A DNA stretch of 64,000 nucleotides, from the NCBI RefSeq assembly GCF_964213995.1, contig NC_135802.1, positions 107,012,001 to 107,076,000 on the forward strand, written 5' to 3'. Below, piece by piece: positions 10,997-25,445 of this stretch. Under the pieces are notes generated by a model. It saw only the letters and a program-made list of their open reading frames with translations, was not told the DNA's origin and did not search any database. This stretch comes from Mustelus asterias. Lineage: Eukaryota. The position numbers were made by a program, and so were the translations under genes. Each line of letters starts with the position of its first letter. Position 1 is the first letter of the stretch.

Positions 10997-13900
10997 TGCG
11001 ACAATCCCAGAAACATGCGGACTTCATCTGAAAAAAAATAAAAAATAACTGATCTCAGCCTGAAGAAAAAACCCCCAACCACAGTTCATTTTCTTGATGC
11101 TAGATTTGTTTTTTTTTCCTTTCTGCCTGCTCATTGCTTTCCCTTTTGAAAAAAAATACAGAAACACGTCAGTAAATTTCTCGGAGAGAGACATTGTATA
11201 AAGATTATGTTAAAGCAAGTTAAGGTTCAGCAGAAGTAAATCAAGCCCATTAATCAAGAATCTAGAGGGCTGCAATTTTGAAATGTAGAAAACAATGCGG
11301 GGTAGATTGTTTACTGCATAAAAATGTGTCCTTCAGAGGAATAAATGTACCAATTTGATTTATGCAGTAACCTTCACACAAAAGTCATTTAAGCACCTAA
11401 AGAAAATGTGTATTGCTGGAAAAGGTTCTGGCTAGCAAAAAGCTAGAGTGCATGATCAATTTTTTTCCTCAGGTAAACTATGGGATATATCGTGAAATGT
11501 ATAATAAAATGTATGTTTACGCACTACATTTTCTTTGGATGGGATGCGCTATCTCTAAAGATATTAATGTACAGGTAGAAAGAAGATTATATTCTAAATA
11601 GCAATGTATATGGGAAAGTAAATACGTACTATTCTAGCATTCTACATTTCGTCTTCTGTATATATTTAGGAGCATCCACGCTCTCGTAATTAAATAGCAG
11701 AGTAGATTGCCATTTTCTACAGAGCGGAAGAAAGATCTGTCTGCAAACATGGAACCCACCCCCTCCCGTGTAAATGAACTAAATATGAAGTCTTCTGTCT
11801 GCTTGTTATATTACCCACTTCACATAGCATTAGTCTTCACGCAGACTTAAGGCGCACAAGCTTTCTTCCTAAAGATGATAACATCTGCGTGCAATTGTAT
11901 TTTTTTTAAATACTGCATTATTATATCTGCATGCACCCTCCTGCTTAGTTAATATATACCAATAATAGTTAAAAAAATAAATCACGAATGATAATCATGA
12001 AATTAAAATGTCTTGCATTATTATTATGCAGCTGTTTAATTTGTATAACCTATTGTCTTTTTTCATCTAGTGAATTACTTGCATTACAACAGATTATTTC
12101 ACGAATAAAAGATGTTCATAAACAACAGCGTCTATTTTTTTGTTAAGAAACATGATACCAGCTAACAGCTTTTAAAGCAAAATGTAAAGAAATATGTATG
12201 GGCCAACTAGATTTATTCTTGATGTCAACCAGGCCGTTGATGTAGACGCTTAAAATACATTGAAATCATACTTTCGTAGTAAAGTTTTAGAAATAATCAA
12301 AACAAAATTGCTGTGAGCTAAAGGTAGCCGAGAATATTCCCTGCTGCTTTTTAATCGAAACCAGTAAACGTATCACGATAATTATTATAGAAACGCTTTT
12401 TGGAAGTGGATCCTTAACTTTATATTAGGATATGCTAAAAGTTTAAAGGCAATAAATTAGTCTCCATATTCTGATTGGAAATATAAGCTCTCTCTTTGGT
12501 TTTAATATGGAGGCAGGGCGTTAGGAGGGGGGCTTAAACCTTGACCTTGACGAAAACAGATAGTCTTTGACCTTGACTATTAACAGCTCATGAATAGTCA
12601 TGAAGTGGATTGGTAGAGCAAGTGCGCCATCTAATGTTAAATCTGAGGATATCCGTTTCTACGGGCTTTGCGCAAGCAAGCAAACATGATTATTTCAACA
12701 ATAAAAGAGCAAAGGGTGAACTGGGACCGTCAGATGTAGGTCAGTAACACTAATAATTAATTGTGCATTGTCCAAATTGTGGAAACAACTAGAGAATTTA
12801 TTTATGATGTTCCAATTTCAACAGCTCGTCAGGAATTATTTGCTTATTATGAATAATAAAACCTACAAAAACAATCACCAACTTCTGGTATTGCACTAGG
12901 ATTACAAGCGCGGTGTAGAATCAAAATAAAGAGCTATGGTAACGTGATTTGTAGATTGATATTCGCGGCTGGTTTAAATTTCAGTTAAATTTCTAAGATA
13001 GCTAAGAAAGGGGCAACCAAACTGATCAGATAAAGTTGACATAGCTTTATTTTAATGACATATGATATATTTAATGATATATTTGATCAGCCTATAACGT
13101 GCCCGTTCACATTTACTTCTGCATCACTCTATCTCAATGCCTCTATCTGTATCGTGTCTATCTGCTCCTGCTTATCTGTTGGTCAAGTTTATCCATTCAT
13201 ATTCATACTCGTATACACTTTCCTGATCATGTAATTAAATATTTCAATGTGCAATTTCACAAAACTAAAGTAGTCGCTTAGCTCCGCTTTTTCGTGCTAG
13301 AGGTATTAATGACATTTTGCAAGAAATAACCCGAGATTTTAAGAATTGTTCCCAGATATTTAAAAGGTATGCAGTCTACATCATCTCCAATTTAACGTGT
13401 GGTTAACTGAATGTGAAATTCCACAAGGTTTTTTTCTTTAGAAAGTAGAAGCATGCCTCGATCTGCATTTGTACCTTTGCATCAACCAAACATTTATTTA
13501 AAAATACCTAATTGCAGATGAATTTCATAGACATGAAAATAGTACTGTTTTAAACGTGAATATTGTAGAACTGCGATCTTTGCACTTATTATTTTGCGTC
13601 CAACCTAAGCAGGCTTGCTTATGTAAACAGTAGATTTTTCTTCCATCTATTTCTAATCAATGTTAAGTGTGCAATGCACATTCCAAAACAATTTATTTAT
13701 TTTCACTTATGTCCTTACTTAACACAGCCCGAGCCGCAACCCTGGAGATGTCCATCTGAACAGTGAAAGCTGATTTGTCAAAATGTTAAGGGATTAAAGA
13801 ATTCTACATTCATCACATGACACATTCGAGCCAATCACGCCATCCTCTTGTAAAATCCGTTGAAATATTTGTTGGAAAGTACTTGAGGAGAACCACCCAC

Positions 13901-16900
13901 ATTCTCTCTGATCAAGGCAGGTCCAGTGATACAATATCATTGTTTTTTAGGTGCTCCGAGTTGAAGTATATGGAAGATGTCTATTTACACGGAAATGGAA
14001 GAAAAATAGTTAATCAGCGTCTATTAGTTAGGGGTAACCATTGTTGATTGGTTTTATAGATGGATCATCAATGCTTTCCAAACAAGTTAGTCAAGTACAG
14101 AATCTTCTTTCAGCGTGTTTTTTCTTGTCGTTCTTGGGCTTTAAGTAAAATAGGCTAAAGTTAAAAGATGAGACTGAGCAGTCAATGACACATCTCTGAT
14201 TACTTGAGACATTTCGTGTTATTAATTTATTGCAAGATAACGTTTCAAGTAAAATTAATTAAATTGCCAATATTGCCCTTATGGCATAAGCACAGCAAAA
14301 CAGAAAATGCAATCAATTGGAACAGACATTCTGGAACATAATCATTTAGCTTTCCATTCTGCCAATCGCTCTGTGCCAATGCATTCATCCTGAACTGTGA
14401 ATCTCTATTTACAGTAAATACATGTACCTTTTATGAGTACAGTGGCGATCACGAGCGATTAAACTAGTTTATTGTAAAAACAATAATGCATTTGGATCAT
14501 TGAATTTGCGCTGCAGATACCCTCGGTAATGGTCTCCTGTGCAGTCCTCGCGGAGAAGCTCACACATGTCACTTCAGAGTGCCATAAAAATATAACATTG
14601 CGATAGAGATACACGAAACGAAACATTATTAAACGAACTTTTAAAGACTTTATGCGCTGAATCATCTATAATTATAGCATCGCCTATTATATGTTGATGT
14701 ATTCGGGAACATTGGAAAACGAAACAAAGAAGTAATTGTCGAGAACTAAAGGCGTATTAAGACCAGGATATGTCTTCAATGTCGTTTTGACTTTCATTTT
14801 GCTGGTATTAACTTCACTTCCTTAGGGGGGAGGAAATGCAAAAATATGTGCCTTTGTTTCTAGTAAATTAAGTTGGAGTCATTGTTCAATTTGCAGTCGA
14901 TGTGTTTATTGATCTTGATAAAAAATAGTTTATTTGATTTATTTTGCTTCTTTTTTTTAATGCGGCTGCAGTCACACTGTCATTTCTGAGATCGTACATC
15001 ACTCAGTGAAGGAAATATATATATATATATAAAACACGACTTATGTGTTGTGTGTCGTGTTAACTTCATATCATACAATAAATTTATCCAAAACTTAATA
15101 TTTTTAATTATGGGAACCATGGAAGTGCGCACTTAATGATTAGTGTGATCAGTGCAATACAGCATTTATCTAAAATACCTGACCTGACTTCAACGATGAA
15201 CCACAGGCTGCTAAAAGTGGATGTTTAATACTATCCGCACCAACGGCCATTGACAGACCCCCGCCCCACCCCAAAGAAGACTGCATATATTTGCTTGAAA
15301 AGGTTATTTATAATTTTTAAAATAAAATTTCGCCAGACAATTTATGCAATTGTTGAATTTACTTTAAAATATGCAACCAACTGCGATTGAACCGCGGCGA
15401 ACTTGTTTTAATAAATGGAGTGATTTTTTTGTAATATATCTGGTTCCAGTTAAATCAAATCTGCTTGGATGTACATTGGTTTCTTTTGTTTCTTTCGATT
15501 CATTTCTTTCCTGCCATGTACAATAGAATATAGCTAGAATACAAATAATAGAGTATACTAGATCATGGGTCGGAAAAATTAAATCCTTCAGAAATTAGAT
15601 ATTTAGGAACGCATATACTTGCTAATGCGCCCAACGTAAAACACAAATATAGAACTGCATTTTAAAAAACCATGCCATTAATGCAATCTCAAACATTGAA
15701 TTTACAGACGACCTGCCAACGTATATTTGCGAATATTGATGACGTGCGTGCATATTAATGACAGAATATAAATATTATTTCATATGTGTGCTTATACATA
15801 TCGACAAACTAAACGGGCAAAATCCATGCTTAGATATTACATATAATAAACGATTTTATTTCATATTGCTATATAGATACATGGGTACACATTCACAAAC
15901 ACACACATATAAGACAGCAAGTTAATAACAATTGAAATAATATTTAGGGCAGGTTATGCTGCGGGCATTTTGAGTCTGAAATGTTTCACTTCATCTGAGT
16001 GTTAAGTTACAAAATAACACGAGGGATAATTCAAATATTAGCTTTGCTGCATTTCTGTTGCGTTTTGGACGAAAATATATTTCATTTCGCAGAAGTCAAA
16101 ACAATAAAATGACTAATTGCAAACGTTCCTAAGTATATTCTAGGTAACTATGCATTTATGTAATGATGTCGCTATAATTCAATTTAACGCATTATAATAT
16201 CACACATTCAAATATACCCTTTAATGCCATGTAACACATTTTGTACAATATAAAATTCGAGACTTCCTTCCGTTCATACGTTCGCCTATTTCACTTGCCG
16301 GACTTTCTATGCTGGACATAAAATAAAGATTACATTTAATTATCTGTGTTTGCACCTCCAATTCTGAGATTGCAATAGTGATTGCATGTCACGAAAGCAA
16401 AAAATATATATATTCCATTCTTAAAGTGCACTTAATTTCTTTCACCAATTGTGATATTTTCAATCAGCTTGAACTATCTTTCTCTGTATGGTGGCAGCTT
16501 CCAGCAGTATAATGCTGTTCAATTGTTTGCCGAAATAACGCGGGGCAAAATGTTCTCTGCAATCAAGTTCGAAGATACCGCATTTTGAAATCCGTGATCT
16601 CATTTATTTCTCTGCCTGTAGAATACAATATCGTAGAATGCTTTTCCCCCCTTTGTTAGTGTGATTTGTTTCAAATAGTTAATGAATGCGCAGTAAAACT
16701 TTAGCTTTTCACCTCTGCTTGGGCAGATGTAAGCAGATAGAATATAAGTTCCAGTGGCAAATTCGTTGACAGTTATGTGAAAACACGCTCTTAAAAAATG
16801 AAGCAGCATATCACCATCTGAACTTTGCCCATTGACCTCAAAACATTTATTAAGTTGCACAATCAGAAATTATATATAACCGCATTCCGAGTCACTGTCA

Positions 16901-19900
16901 TCCAAAGTAATTTACATATCTCATTAATAAAGCATCAGAAAGAACACGCATGCAATTCATTAATTGTAGCTTTCATTAAAATGCAATTCACTCTGTCTCC
17001 TCTGGTACACACATTCGCGGTTAGTTTTCTTGTTGACATTGAACACAAATTCACTATTTCATTGTTATTCCATATGTTCTTTCAGTTGAAAGGGGTTCAG
17101 TCATTTTGTCACATTGCAAGTTTAGTGCGCACACATGCGACGTGTGTGGGTCCTGAATGTTCATCTGGGAGACAACTGTATCACACCACGGCTTGGAATA
17201 TGCTAACCTGACAAAGATTAGGTGCAATTAGAAGACTGCCGCTTTTGTGTTTGTGTGGGCGAGCCGACTGGGGACTGGAAGGATTTTTTAAAAAGGCTTT
17301 AGGAACACACCGCACCTGTGCATTTTGCAGCACCGGCTATTTTTGAAAGATTGCGGATTAGAAAGTTGGAAGAATCCACCCGAAACACACAGGAAAATAG
17401 TTCGGTTGCTCGTGCCTAAGGATTTGCTGCGTTTGGAGGTGAGTACAGCGCTTCTTAACGGAGAAAATTCTGAAATTCCAGGCTGTGTTCTCCTCGCCAA
17501 GTTCAAAGATCTTCCAAGTTCAAAAGCGACCAGTTGGAGTGAAACTCTGTATCCCTTCTCGCTATTCCAATGTTCATGGCTGCTTGGCCTGGCTCTCATA
17601 TTGCATTCGGGAAGAGGGTCCTGCTAACACAGAATGGCATTTTACTGTTTGTTTTCATGAATGGAAACACTGCCGAAATTTATCAGCAAACTATCATTGA
17701 ATTTGCTACGACTGCATATTGTTCTGGCTTTTTTTTTTGAATCCCGATATTGAAGTACTAAGCCGAAAAGATGCTGCTGCAGTGAAGGGTATAACTCCAT
17801 TTTCTTTTTATTATCGTGCCCACCAAGTTCAAAAACATGACATGGACTCCCCCACTCATCTTAAATTAGCATTTCGTGTAAAAGTGTTACCGGGATACCA
17901 GGCTCAAAATAAAACCTCACGCGATAAATTGAAAAATACGAGCAAGCGAAACAGCTTTCACGTGCATTTGTAAATAAAACACCCGTATTAAGAAGGTTAT
18001 ACCTAAATTATTCAGAGGGGAAGGTTCAGGATTAATTAATGTCTCGTTTATTTTGTCATGCAGTGTGTTAAAAAGGCACCGACACAGCGTGTTGTACGTG
18101 ATGTATTGGGTAGCTTAACATTTTGGGCTCCGGATTCCATTAAATTATTGAAATAATTGCATCAAACTTTGCAATAAAATATGCGAAAGAGTTTCAACAA
18201 TTTTATTGGGAAAATATACAAGAGTTAAAAAGAACTCGGAATGAAACTAGTACATATTTACCAGAACAAATGTGATAGATTCCGAATTGCACATGGCTAC
18301 ATCCAAAGATAGATATAGATACATAGATATGGATACAGGCACACTCTCCTAGTGTGGTATCATTTCAGAGAAAAAGAAGGAACGTCCTCTCAAATTACTC
18401 AAAGGTGTAAAATGCTCGCTAATAATTTACAAACCGTGTTACCTTCACGCCAATCCTTACTAAATGTGCCTATCTCTGTGAGACTACTACTGTTATACTG
18501 AGGACAAAGATAATGTTAGAAAAACAAGTTTGAAGTATTAATTTTGCTCAGTTGTAGATCACAATGTGCTGTGTACAATCTCTCATTGCAGAACCATTTA
18601 AATAAATTTACTGTGGCTCAGCTAAAATAACAATGGGACAATACGATACAACTCTGGCTTAGTTTTCATTTTCAAATACGACCCATTTGGAGGCTGTGCC
18701 TTCTATTATGTGGGACGTTTTAAAATCTTGAATTAAAACGTTCTTGATCAACACAAGGCGTTTTTATTTTAGAAAAGTGGTCGTTTCTTGAAGTACTTTC
18801 TCTTGAATGAACTTTCTGCAGAATTTCCGAGACACTCGGCATAAAAATGGCCGACAAGCAACCGTTGTCTTGTCCTTGCCACTGAACAAGGCCACAAAAC
18901 AGCCACCCACATAAAAAACAAGGTGCATTTTCGTTCAAAGACGCGCACTTTTCTGGGGCCGATATATGCAGTTTGGATTCTGAGATTCATGTTTTTTTCA
19001 GTAACCAGGGGAAAATAATATCATTGCAGAGCTCCCCACAACAGTAACTCACCTCCCCCCTCCCGCCCCCCCCCCCCCCCCCGCCCCACGGTTACCACCT
19101 CCAAGAAAGGGTTTTAGTTTGATGTTTATTCCATTTCACACCATTGATTTCAAATGTGGAATGACGTTTCCTTGAAAATATATGAACGTTTTAATACTCG
19201 CAGCTCGCCCAGCCGATTTCAAAGTCAGCGAATGTTTGAATCAATAATTATGATAAAGTATTACAACCGTGTGGAGGAGTTCGGTTAAAAGGCAGCAACT
19301 ACGATCTAACAATAACTCCCGTGGAATTTTCCATGTTATATGTTGAGGTTGATCAGGAAATGTTTACTTTCACTTATCCATGAAGATGCTCTTCTGATTT
19401 GCAACCTTCTTTTTCCAAAAAAGTGATGGTGCAGCAATAAGTGAAATCATTCCATGTTAGAGAATTGGAATGGGCTATAATATAGTTAAGTGCTTTTGTT
19501 TTGCCAGACAATTAAGACAGATGTGTCTTCATTTGCACCGTGATAAGCAACGTGCACAATGTAATTCCTGGGAAGAATTAAAGAACTAATGCGAATGCAA
19601 TTTCCTGCAAAAAAAATCTGTAAAGGACAATATGGCTGGCCGTTTCCAACCCGTATTGATCACATTTAGGGTAACAATAAAAATCTATTGGCCACAAATA
19701 AAGTTATCAACTTTTAACCGGTAGTTAGTGATATTTTAGAATGAATGACTCCATGCACGACGAATTATATTTTAATTCAGCACTTCATTACATTACAATT
19801 AATGACACGATCGACTTTACAAGTGTCGACTGGGCTCGCCCAAATGTTTATTTTTCTTCCCAAGATGAACATTTGACTTAAGCTTCAATATGGCTTCAGT

Positions 19901-22900
19901 TTCATTTCACACGATATAGCTCGCATCTTTAAAAAGTACATTTCGCAGGCTTGTGGAACATTTTCTCAGAGTTGAAGTTCAATGTTAAACAGGCTGCTCG
20001 CCCTTAAACTGCAAAGCTGTCAAATAACTCAACTGAAGACTTTCTCTTACCACAATCTCATTTCGGTGGTTGCTTTTTTTTAAAAGAAGAAAAAAAATGC
20101 AACTTTAAGAAAATAGTTTTAAATGCGATTCAGTTTCTGATAATAACTGCGACAAAGCTTCGAAGTACACATCAGTGTGCAGAAATTCAGCTTCATCCGG
20201 GTCTCAGCCCTCCCGTTGAGTTGGACTCCTGCAGGAAAATAGCCTACGCCGCAATAATTCACTGATGTCCTTAAAGTTCTGTATTTATATTGCATTTCAT
20301 TCACATCGAATATCAGCCGAATGTCCGCACTGTATGCCTGATCTTACAACAACAAGGTAGGTCAACTTCATTTCTGGAACCATCTCTTTAGTTTCACATG
20401 ACCACCTTCTTGGAAATAATTATACGATCAAAGGCTAGAAAATAAAGAGACGAGTCAATTTGATCTAGAATCGGTAATTAAAAGCCATAGTAAAAAAACA
20501 GCGATCTTTGAATAGAGGGCTGATAATTGGGAAATGCAGATGGATAGAAAATGGCGAAGCGACTAAGATACTGAAGAGATCTTGGCCCATGCATCGGCTT
20601 TTATTTAATCGGAAACGCAATCGCCAGCTTCCCTTTTCGTTTGGGTGGTTATTAAATAACTGCACCGTTCCTTTTTCTTATTGTCTTTGAAACATCATCG
20701 GCAAACTGCGTTAGAACACACAGCAGCATAATTACTGAGAATTCAGCCGGGTCGCAGCGAGAGAAAGGAAATAAACTAGATTTTGCTGAACGCGTAGTAA
20801 AGACGCATAATGTAGAATTAAAAACTTATTCTTCCTAAAACTCAGTCTGATTTTATCAGACAAAGCCGCGTCCTTGTCTCTTTTGGGGAACGCCTGATTG
20901 CTCACATTAGCTGGGCATGTCAGGGATTCCATGTAGGTGGCGTCTTCAGCTCACCCCTGGCCCGCTATCATGCCTATTCCGGGGTTCTGGTGAAGCTGGT
21001 TGTCAAAGCTGCTGTTAAAACCGCAGGTCGATCTAAACCGCCTGCATTCGGTTCTCAGAGGCGCCCTTCTTTATTATGAAGAGAACTGTACATGTGCTGG
21101 AATTTGACCATTCGTACAGCGACAGATGGTGCCACTATCTTTCGGATGTTCTTTCTACCCAACAATCCCAAACCTTTGAACAAATCCTGCATTAAGTAAT
21201 TTTGAACATGGGGTTTGCTAAATAAACCTATTCTGTTTCAAAACCATAATGCACTATTCTGGTTATATCTTGTTCTTAAACATTCAAATTTGCAGAGATT
21301 TGCATATTATGGCTTTCCTGTATCAGTCTGTCTAGTAATGTAAATATATTTTCTATCGCGATTTTAAATAACCCTCTGGAAGTGCTGCAATGCAAAGTCT
21401 ATAGACAACGATGGTTGGGCTGCATGTATAGTCTCTATAATTGATATTGCAAAGCCTTATTATAAAATGATGTGCGAATATATAAATATGTTAATATTCT
21501 CAGTGGTTTCAGGGTCTACAAATGTTGTATTGTCCGCTGGCCTTATTTGTATAGCGTTTGAATGCAGTTACAGCAGGTCAGAAAAATTAGCTGGTTGATA
21601 CAGGGATGTTGAAGGCTTTGCATTTCATTGGTTTCTATTGATCATAACGGAAGAGTGAGAAAAGCAAGATTAAATTGTCAACTCCTTACCAAAAAATGTT
21701 TCCTAGTGGAGAGATTTTTTTTCAGTGCATGGAATTTAATTTAAATAGAAGGTCTTTCTGGCAAATGTTTATGGCAAAGGTCCTTTTTCCCAGGAAACCT
21801 GTTTGTTTTGGCACTGCGCAGTTGTTTTTGGAACATCAAAAAGCTAATTTGTGACAAATTCTAAGGCAAAGTTTAACTCCAGCTCTTTTCTACAGTCCCA
21901 TTCTTTTCAGCACATCAGGATTCCTCGCATAGCTTTCAGACTTGTTGCGTGTATTTGAATCAAAAAGATTGCTACACGGAGATACTGTACTGAAATAAAA
22001 TGCGATTTATTAGCGACTTTTCAATGAATGCAATCCTCACTCAGCTAAAGCTATTCAAAACATCTCAATTGTGCACTAAATCTGAACCTGGTGCTTATTC
22101 AGTTGTCCTTGGTGACACTTTATAGAAATATGGAAAAATGCACCCATGGCCAATGTCAAATAAAGCAGCATTCCCTTTATCCGCTTTTGCTCACGTCTGG
22201 CTGCTCCATCCTAAACTTATTTTCAATGGGGGCAAGTGTTCGTTTTGGAAGAACGCATTCACACAAGTTCTGCCTGAAGTGCGAATTTGGCCCCGCGCAT
22301 TGAGATCTTTTTTGACGCTGATAGTTCTCGGTAGCCGCCTAAGCGGATAACTGGTTTATATAATTTTGGTGAGTGGTCGAAGGGTTTTTGCATGTGGTGG
22401 AGTTGAACGTGACCATGCCCGCTTGTGAGAAACAAGAAGCAGCATAGCAATCTTAAGGGGGGAAAACATCCTAGTCACCTCATACATTTGGCAGATTTGT
22501 GTGCATTCAATTTTTTTTAGAGGAGAACTGATCTAACATGGATTTGGAAACTGTCAAAAACGCAAACAAGCGTAGGTCTATGTCGAACTTGTGGAACGGT
22601 CTAACTTTGCTTCTCCACGTCTCTGTGTGCTCTCATCTTCTTCAAAGAGAGAGAGATTATTTTGCATAAAGCACGATTTAGCCATTTAAAGATTGCACTC
22701 TCACCGTTTTATACTTCAGTAAAATCTCTTATACAGCTTTAGTCATTATTCATTAGTGATTTCACACATTCTGTGCAGGCGAACTAGGTTTGCTTTCATT
22801 AAAATGGCAAGGAGGAGAAAGCAAAGGGGATTATTTGCCAATAAAAAAAAATGCCGAACAATATTCTGGCAGAACCAATATACGTGAGATAGGTCAAAAA

Positions 22901-23154
22901 CCGCGCTTTCTGGAAAATAGGCAGTTTTTTGTTACATTTCCACTGCGGAAATCGTTACGTGTTATTTCCACGTCCACCCTCGCTTCTAATCAGCTTGTTG
23001 GAGCGACGTGAAGTGAATGTGCCAAATGCGTCTCTGGTGTGAAGGCTGAACACCTTCACAGTATTATTCGAGCTTTCATTCCCCTCTTTAGAAATGTGCA
23101 GAGCTTAGATGTAAAGAGCTTTGCGCTGTTGGTGCGAGGGGGGGAATCCAAAGT

Positions 23155-23351
23155 GATGCATGTCAATTTCTCCAGGCATCTGGTCACATGACTAGCTTGT
23201 CCCTGCGATGTATGGAGATACATTTCCACGTCAGCTTACGTTTCCAAATTTTTACTCCGCGGATCAGCTTCAAAGAGGCAGCAGCATCTAAGGACCATGT
23301 TTAGCTGTGCGAATGCAAGCTATTCTTGCGCTAGGGGACCCCAAGCAAGCG
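23155..23351 (+). promoter_or_regulatory. HoxA11 proximal promoter / 5' UTR block
   Basis: GGTCACATGAC E-box-like motif and TTTCCACGTCAGCTTACGT...CTTCAAAGAGGCAGC, recognised from memory as the conserved Hox11 5' leader. It lies directly upstream of the CDS. Confidence 0.65.
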
Positions 23352-23961
23352 ATGATGGATTTTGATGAGCGGGTTTCTTGTGGCTCTAATCTTTATTTGC
23401 CTAGCTGTACCTATTATGTCTCGGGTCCGGATTTCTCCAGCCTGCCTTCTTTTTTACCCCAAACGCCGGCTTCTCGCCCCATGACATACTCTTACTCGTC
23501 CAATATCCCCCAGGTTCAACCTGTGCGAGAAGTTACCTTCAGAGACTATGCCATCGATCCCTCCAATAAGTGGCATCACAGGGGCAATCTGCCCCACTGC
23601 TATTCCGCAGAGGAGCTGATGCACAGAGAGTGCCTGCCTGCCAGCACCATGGGCGAGATGTTAATGAAAAATAGCGCCAGCGTTTACCATCCCAGCTCCA
23701 ACGCGTCCTCCAGCTTCTACAACCCGGTGGGGAGGAACGGGGTCCTGCCGCAAGGATTTGACCAGTTCTTCGAGACAGCCTACGGTTCCAGCGAGAATCA
23801 GCAGTCGGAGTATTGCGGAGAGAAGAGTCCAAATAAAGTGCCGTCTGCGGCAACTTCAAGTTCGGAGACTTCCAGGGTGTCCGTGGAGAAAGAGACGAGC
23901 CCCGGGAGCAGCAGCCCGGAGTCTTCTTCCGGCAACAATGAGGAGAAAGGCAGCAACTCCA
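23352..23961 (+). CDS. HoxA11: Homeobox protein Hox-A11, exon 1 (CDS join 23352..23961,25213..25445; 280 aa)
   Basis: [39 protein letters not shown] and [19 protein letters not shown] are PG11/A11 motifs. Donor TCCA|GTAGGT at 23962 gives the phase needed to join exon 2. The start could be 23352 or 23355. Confidence 0.95.
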
Positions 23962-25212
23962 GTAGGTAGAGTCAGTGCCCAGTTGTGAGAGAAAGTTTTG
24001 CGATCTCGCGCGCTGCTGTTAAAATTTTTATGTGCTGTTTTATAAGCATATAAGAGGGTTTATGGATGGCCTGTAGATTTCCCAACAAAACTTTTTTTAT
24101 ATAAATGACAGGATCACGTGTTCAGCTCTGAAATTGGCCGTGAAATAACTCCAGCCAATCGCTGCATTAAAATACTTCCACCGGCACCTCAAAAAGTGAG
24201 ATTGGGGTTAAAAATCCGATCATTTATATGACTGGGTGCAAAGTTAGCAAAATTGGCTGTTGGCGGCTTGCGATCTTTGCGTGTATTAATACAGCTCAAC
24301 AATTCTATAAAACACACGTGTTGACACAAAAACTCTATTTATAGGTTGTATTCAGTTCCATGAGTAACCGCTTTAAAACATAATGTGGCAAAATGACATT
24401 TTTAACAGCTATATAAATACTGCAATACCTCTAGCATAGAGCTTTCCATCATAAAAACTTATTTCAGGGCCGGGTGACCGTATTTTATTTAATAATCGCA
24501 TTTTATAGCTCGACGTTTGATCGACGCAGTTCTAACGGTGCAATATTGCCTCTGAAGGCAGCTCCATGTTGAGTTTTACAGCGCAGAATGACTAAAGAAT
24601 TAAGCCCCCTCCCCTAAGGAACGGATTGTTGCTACCAAGCATCTTTTGAAAAAAAAAGACAGCTCAAGTTTCCCATTCCCCAGTCCCTTTTAGTTTGAAC
24701 TCAGCAGATAAAATAAAACTTTTTTTTAAAAAACTTTCTGCTTTTCCTCCATTTGCTGTCTTTAACGCACAGATAGTGGGCCGCCCCATCTTAAAGAAAA
24801 GCGTTCCCCTTTTCAAAATAAAAATTGTAGCTAGTCCCTGGATGCGGGAAGCTCATTTGTAATTTTGAAGTATATCATTGGAATGGGAGCTAGCATCAAC
24901 TTAACAATTCCACAACCATTAGAACTAATACAGATCGAGGCAGCCATCTTTTGTCCCAAGGACCAGTCAAAATATGAAAGAAAAGAGGCGGTTATGCTTT
25001 AGAGAACGATTCGGTACTTTGGACACTGCTGGGTGAAAAAAAGACTATTGTGTGAAAATCAGGAGCTATGGAGACCCCCCCCCCTCCCCCTTCAAACCCC
25101 CAAGCCCTGTGAATGTGTGCACAGCAAAGCATATATTAACAACGCATGGAAAGATGATGTCTCCTCTACACTTCCAATGATCAAAGTTTAACGTACTGTT
25201 TACCTGTTACAG

Positions 25213-25445
25213 GTGGCCAGCGTACACGCAAAAAAAGGTGCCCCTACACCAAGTACCAGATCAGGGAGCTGGAGAGGGAATTTTTTTTCAGTGTTTATAT
25301 CAACAAAGAGAAGCGGCTGCAACTTTCCCGGATGCTCAACTTAACCGACCGGCAAGTGAAAATTTGGTTTCAGAACAGGAGGATGAAGGAAAAGAAGTTA
25401 AACAGGGACCGCCTTCAATATTACACCACGAATCCATTGCTTTGA
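25213..25445 (+). CDS. HoxA11: Hox-A11, exon 2 (homeodomain)
   Basis: Acceptor tgttacag| ends at 25212. Encodes [76 protein letters not shown], stop TGA at 25443-25445. The ORF track shows only a wrong-frame ORF here. Confidence 0.97.

Noticed and set aside
11000-23300. Search for a HoxA12 remnant between HoxA13 and HoxA11, including ORFs 16825-17211 and 17325-17627
   Set aside because: No homeodomain-like or PG12 peptide was recognised by eye, and the ORFs look random. A tBLASTn would be needed to exclude a highly decayed relic.
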